This document shows positions 20,401 through 22,568 of a stretch of DNA of 22,568 nt, in pieces. The stretch is from Lama guanicoe (taxonomy: Eukaryota). The DNA lies in the NCBI GenBank assembly GCA_013239625.1, contig MU053376.1:1822833-1845400 (forward strand). Reading direction: 5' to 3'. Each line of letters begins with the position of its first letter. Position 1 is the stretch's first letter. The position numbers were made by a program, and so were the translations under genes. The notes below the pieces were generated by a model. That model was not told the origin of the DNA, did not search any database, and was given only the letters and a program-made list of their open reading frames with translations.

Positions 20401-21344
20401 AAATGACAACCTTTCTTAACCAGCCCAGGGAACCACGTCCCAACTTCTTATCTTATTGGGAGTGTTTCAGAAAAATATACCAAATGTGAGAACCTGTAAG
20501 CTTGGAGTTTATTAAATCTGCTTAAAACCAGTTTTCCTTCAAATAAGTGAGCTTTAATGTCACCCATTGTACTTTTGCCTTCAGGAAACAACTCAAGTTT
20601 AGTCCTGTCCTACTCAGGTTTAGTCTACAGTACAATTGGGCTGGACTCTAACTCAAGCTTATCATTCAGTCCAACTGTTAGCAGCTGAGAGGTAGGGTTG
20701 ATATTAGGCAGAGGCCAGGTTTTTGAGAAGCAATAGAATAAAACTACAAAGAAAGACTATTGTATACGCTGTTCAAGAGAGTTTAAAGATCAGAATTTTT
20801 TTTAGGGTATGGGGTGGGGGTGGGACTTGCATCTGAATTGGGGCGGAAGGCTGGACCATAGGATCTTGCAGTCTGAGTTCCATTTCGGAAGCTTCCTAAC
20901 TTTGTGCCAGGGTTGTGTAGTGGCATTCACTACTGTTGAAAGTATTCTTGGTTTGATTGGGTTTCACTGCTCTGAGGTTCCCTTTGTCTTATCTTGCAAG
21001 CATATCACCATGAATACTTAAATCATTAACAACTCATTAAAACTCTTTTGGCCATTTTCATTTCCTGCCAAGCTGAAACCTGGGTGTGGTGGTGGAAGCC
21101 TGTGCAGGCCTGCTTGGCTGGGCCGCACCTGAGCAGCTCCGAGCATCTCGGCTGTCTGTCGAAAGGCCACTGAATAAACAGACTGATTGCAATGGGAGAC
21201 CTGACCGCTGTGGATTCCTTGAAAAGAAGGAGATGGAAGGCTAGTCAAGGATGTCTCTCTTCAACCTAAAGGACTCTTCTGCAATTAACACCTTGGCTCT
21301 CTATTGATACAAGGTCTTTTTTTTTTTTCCCTTCAGAGACTCTA

Positions 21345-21375
<31 letters not shown>

Positions 21376-21569
21376 CAGGATTTCTATGGCTTCTTTCTTT
21401 CAGAGGCTCAAAGTGCTTTTAGTTCTGTTATTTATTCTCTGTAGGAGCAGGAATTGAAGTGTTGGAGGAGATGAAGTGTTTGCATCACTTACTGGGCTGT
21501 TTAGTCCGTGTTATATAGGCAGTCACAGTATGAGTTCTTTTCGTTGTTTCCTGATTTATAGATAGATTG

Positions 21570-21635
21570 GTACATATATACATACACAGATATGCGCGAG
21601 CATGCACGCACAAATACACACACACGCATATACAT
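21570..21635. repeat. Compound alternating purine-pyrimidine (TA/CA/CG) low-complexity repeat
   Basis: gtacatatatacatacacagatatgcgcgagcatgcacgcacaaatacacacacacgcatatacat. Confidence 0.8.
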
Positions 21636-21746
21636 CTTACTTTATTTCAAACAAAATGGATGACCATGTCACAGTTTAGTGTCTACTAAAAGAGAATTTT
21701 ACCTATTAGTACATTTTCCATATTTTAAATATCTTATGCCTCATAA

Positions 21747-21776
21747 GGAAAGAAAAGAAGAAAGAAAGAAAGAAAA
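21747..21776. repeat. (GAAA)n simple repeat
   Basis: ggaaagaaaagaagaaagaaagaaagaaaa. Confidence 0.85.
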
Positions 21777-22217
21777 GGCTTTTCGGCTTTTGACTGGAGT
21801 TGTTGAACTTATTTGTCCCTTGGTAAGCTGATCAGTTGCCACTTGGATTGAGAGAAGGATGTTCAATCAATCAAAATGTTTCTGCTACACTGGCACGCTT
21901 TGTAATGGAAATGAAAACGACAGCATGTTTTTGTCAGTTTAAATGAATAGGTTTCCTTCAGATCAATGCTACAGTTGGTATTAGAGGTAGCTCAGCCTGT
22001 GAATGCTGATGATTAATTATGGAAATGCCTGATGGAGGCGCGTGATTTTACCTCGGCATCTTAGAGATGTATTTATTTCCCTGTTGGTGAAGTGTGTGCC
22101 AACGTTGGCATTTCTTTTGAGTATAGGAGTGACCCAGGACACCATCTCTGTGGGGCCTACCAGAGGGCCTGACCCTGTTTTTAGAGACATTTGATTCGAT
22201 TTGTTTAAAAGATACTA

Positions 22218-22568
22218 ATTTATTAATTCATTCTTTCCCTCATGCACTCAAAACGTGGTGATGCATGTCCACTGCGTATCAGGCTCTGGTCTGGTTCTAG
22301 AGACACAGTTACCAACAAGACAGAGGAACTCGCTGCTTTCATGGAGCTGTAATCTTAGTGGGAGAAATATGCAGTAAACAGATAAATGGGTCAATTAATA
22401 GGGTAGTGTAGGGTAGCCGAGTGTTCTAAAAGAAATAGAAATCAAGCGATGGGCTCAAGAGTGGCTAGCAGGGACCAGTGACGGAGGGGAGCTTACTTAA
22501 CCTGTGTGTCGTCAGGGAACGTCTCTTGGAGGTGATTTCCCAGCTGACTCTGTAAAGGAAGATCTGGG
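22218..22568 (-). mobile_element. LINE-2 3' region (runs past the window end)
   Basis: attcattc...caggctctggtctggttctagagacacag...aacaagacag...tgctttcatggagctgtaatcttagtgggaga...gtaaacagataaat...gtcagggaacgtctcttggaggtgattt. Confidence 0.8.

Larger units (their letters stand above)
677..22568 (+). other. SRGAP2: SRGAP2 intron following the first coding exon (continues past the window end)
   Basis: No sequence encoding the expected next residues (EIRAQL...) was found. The region is repeat-rich and CpG-depleted. Confidence 0.85.

Noticed and set aside
21772..21792. Terminator-like hairpin aaaaggcttttcggctttt
   Set aside because: The stem is short and mismatched, and intrinsic terminators are irrelevant to Pol II introns.

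Overview
Mammalian genomic DNA, almost certainly from a camelid (two vic-1-type tRNA-Ala-derived SINEs), covering the 5' part of SRGAP2 on the + strand. It holds a CpG-island exon (predicted 68..676) with a 542-nt 5'UTR portion and the first 22 codons (MTSPAKFKKDKEIIAEYDTQVK, then a phase-1 GT donor). The remaining ~21.9 kb is one long intron with MIR, L2, old L1M and hAT-like fragments, two younger SINEs with target-site duplications, a recent 49-bp tandem duplication, G4 motifs and candidate enhancer motif clusters. No further SRGAP2 exon was recognised, and none of the supplied ORFs looks like a real gene. The most notable structure is in the 5'UTR: three uORFs chained by overlapping stop/start pentamers (TGATG, TAATG) through all three frames, followed by a fourth micro-uORF ending Pro-Pro-stop. 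I see no evidence for a wholly new biological system beyond this candidate translational-control module. Repeat boundaries are approximate and were read by eye.
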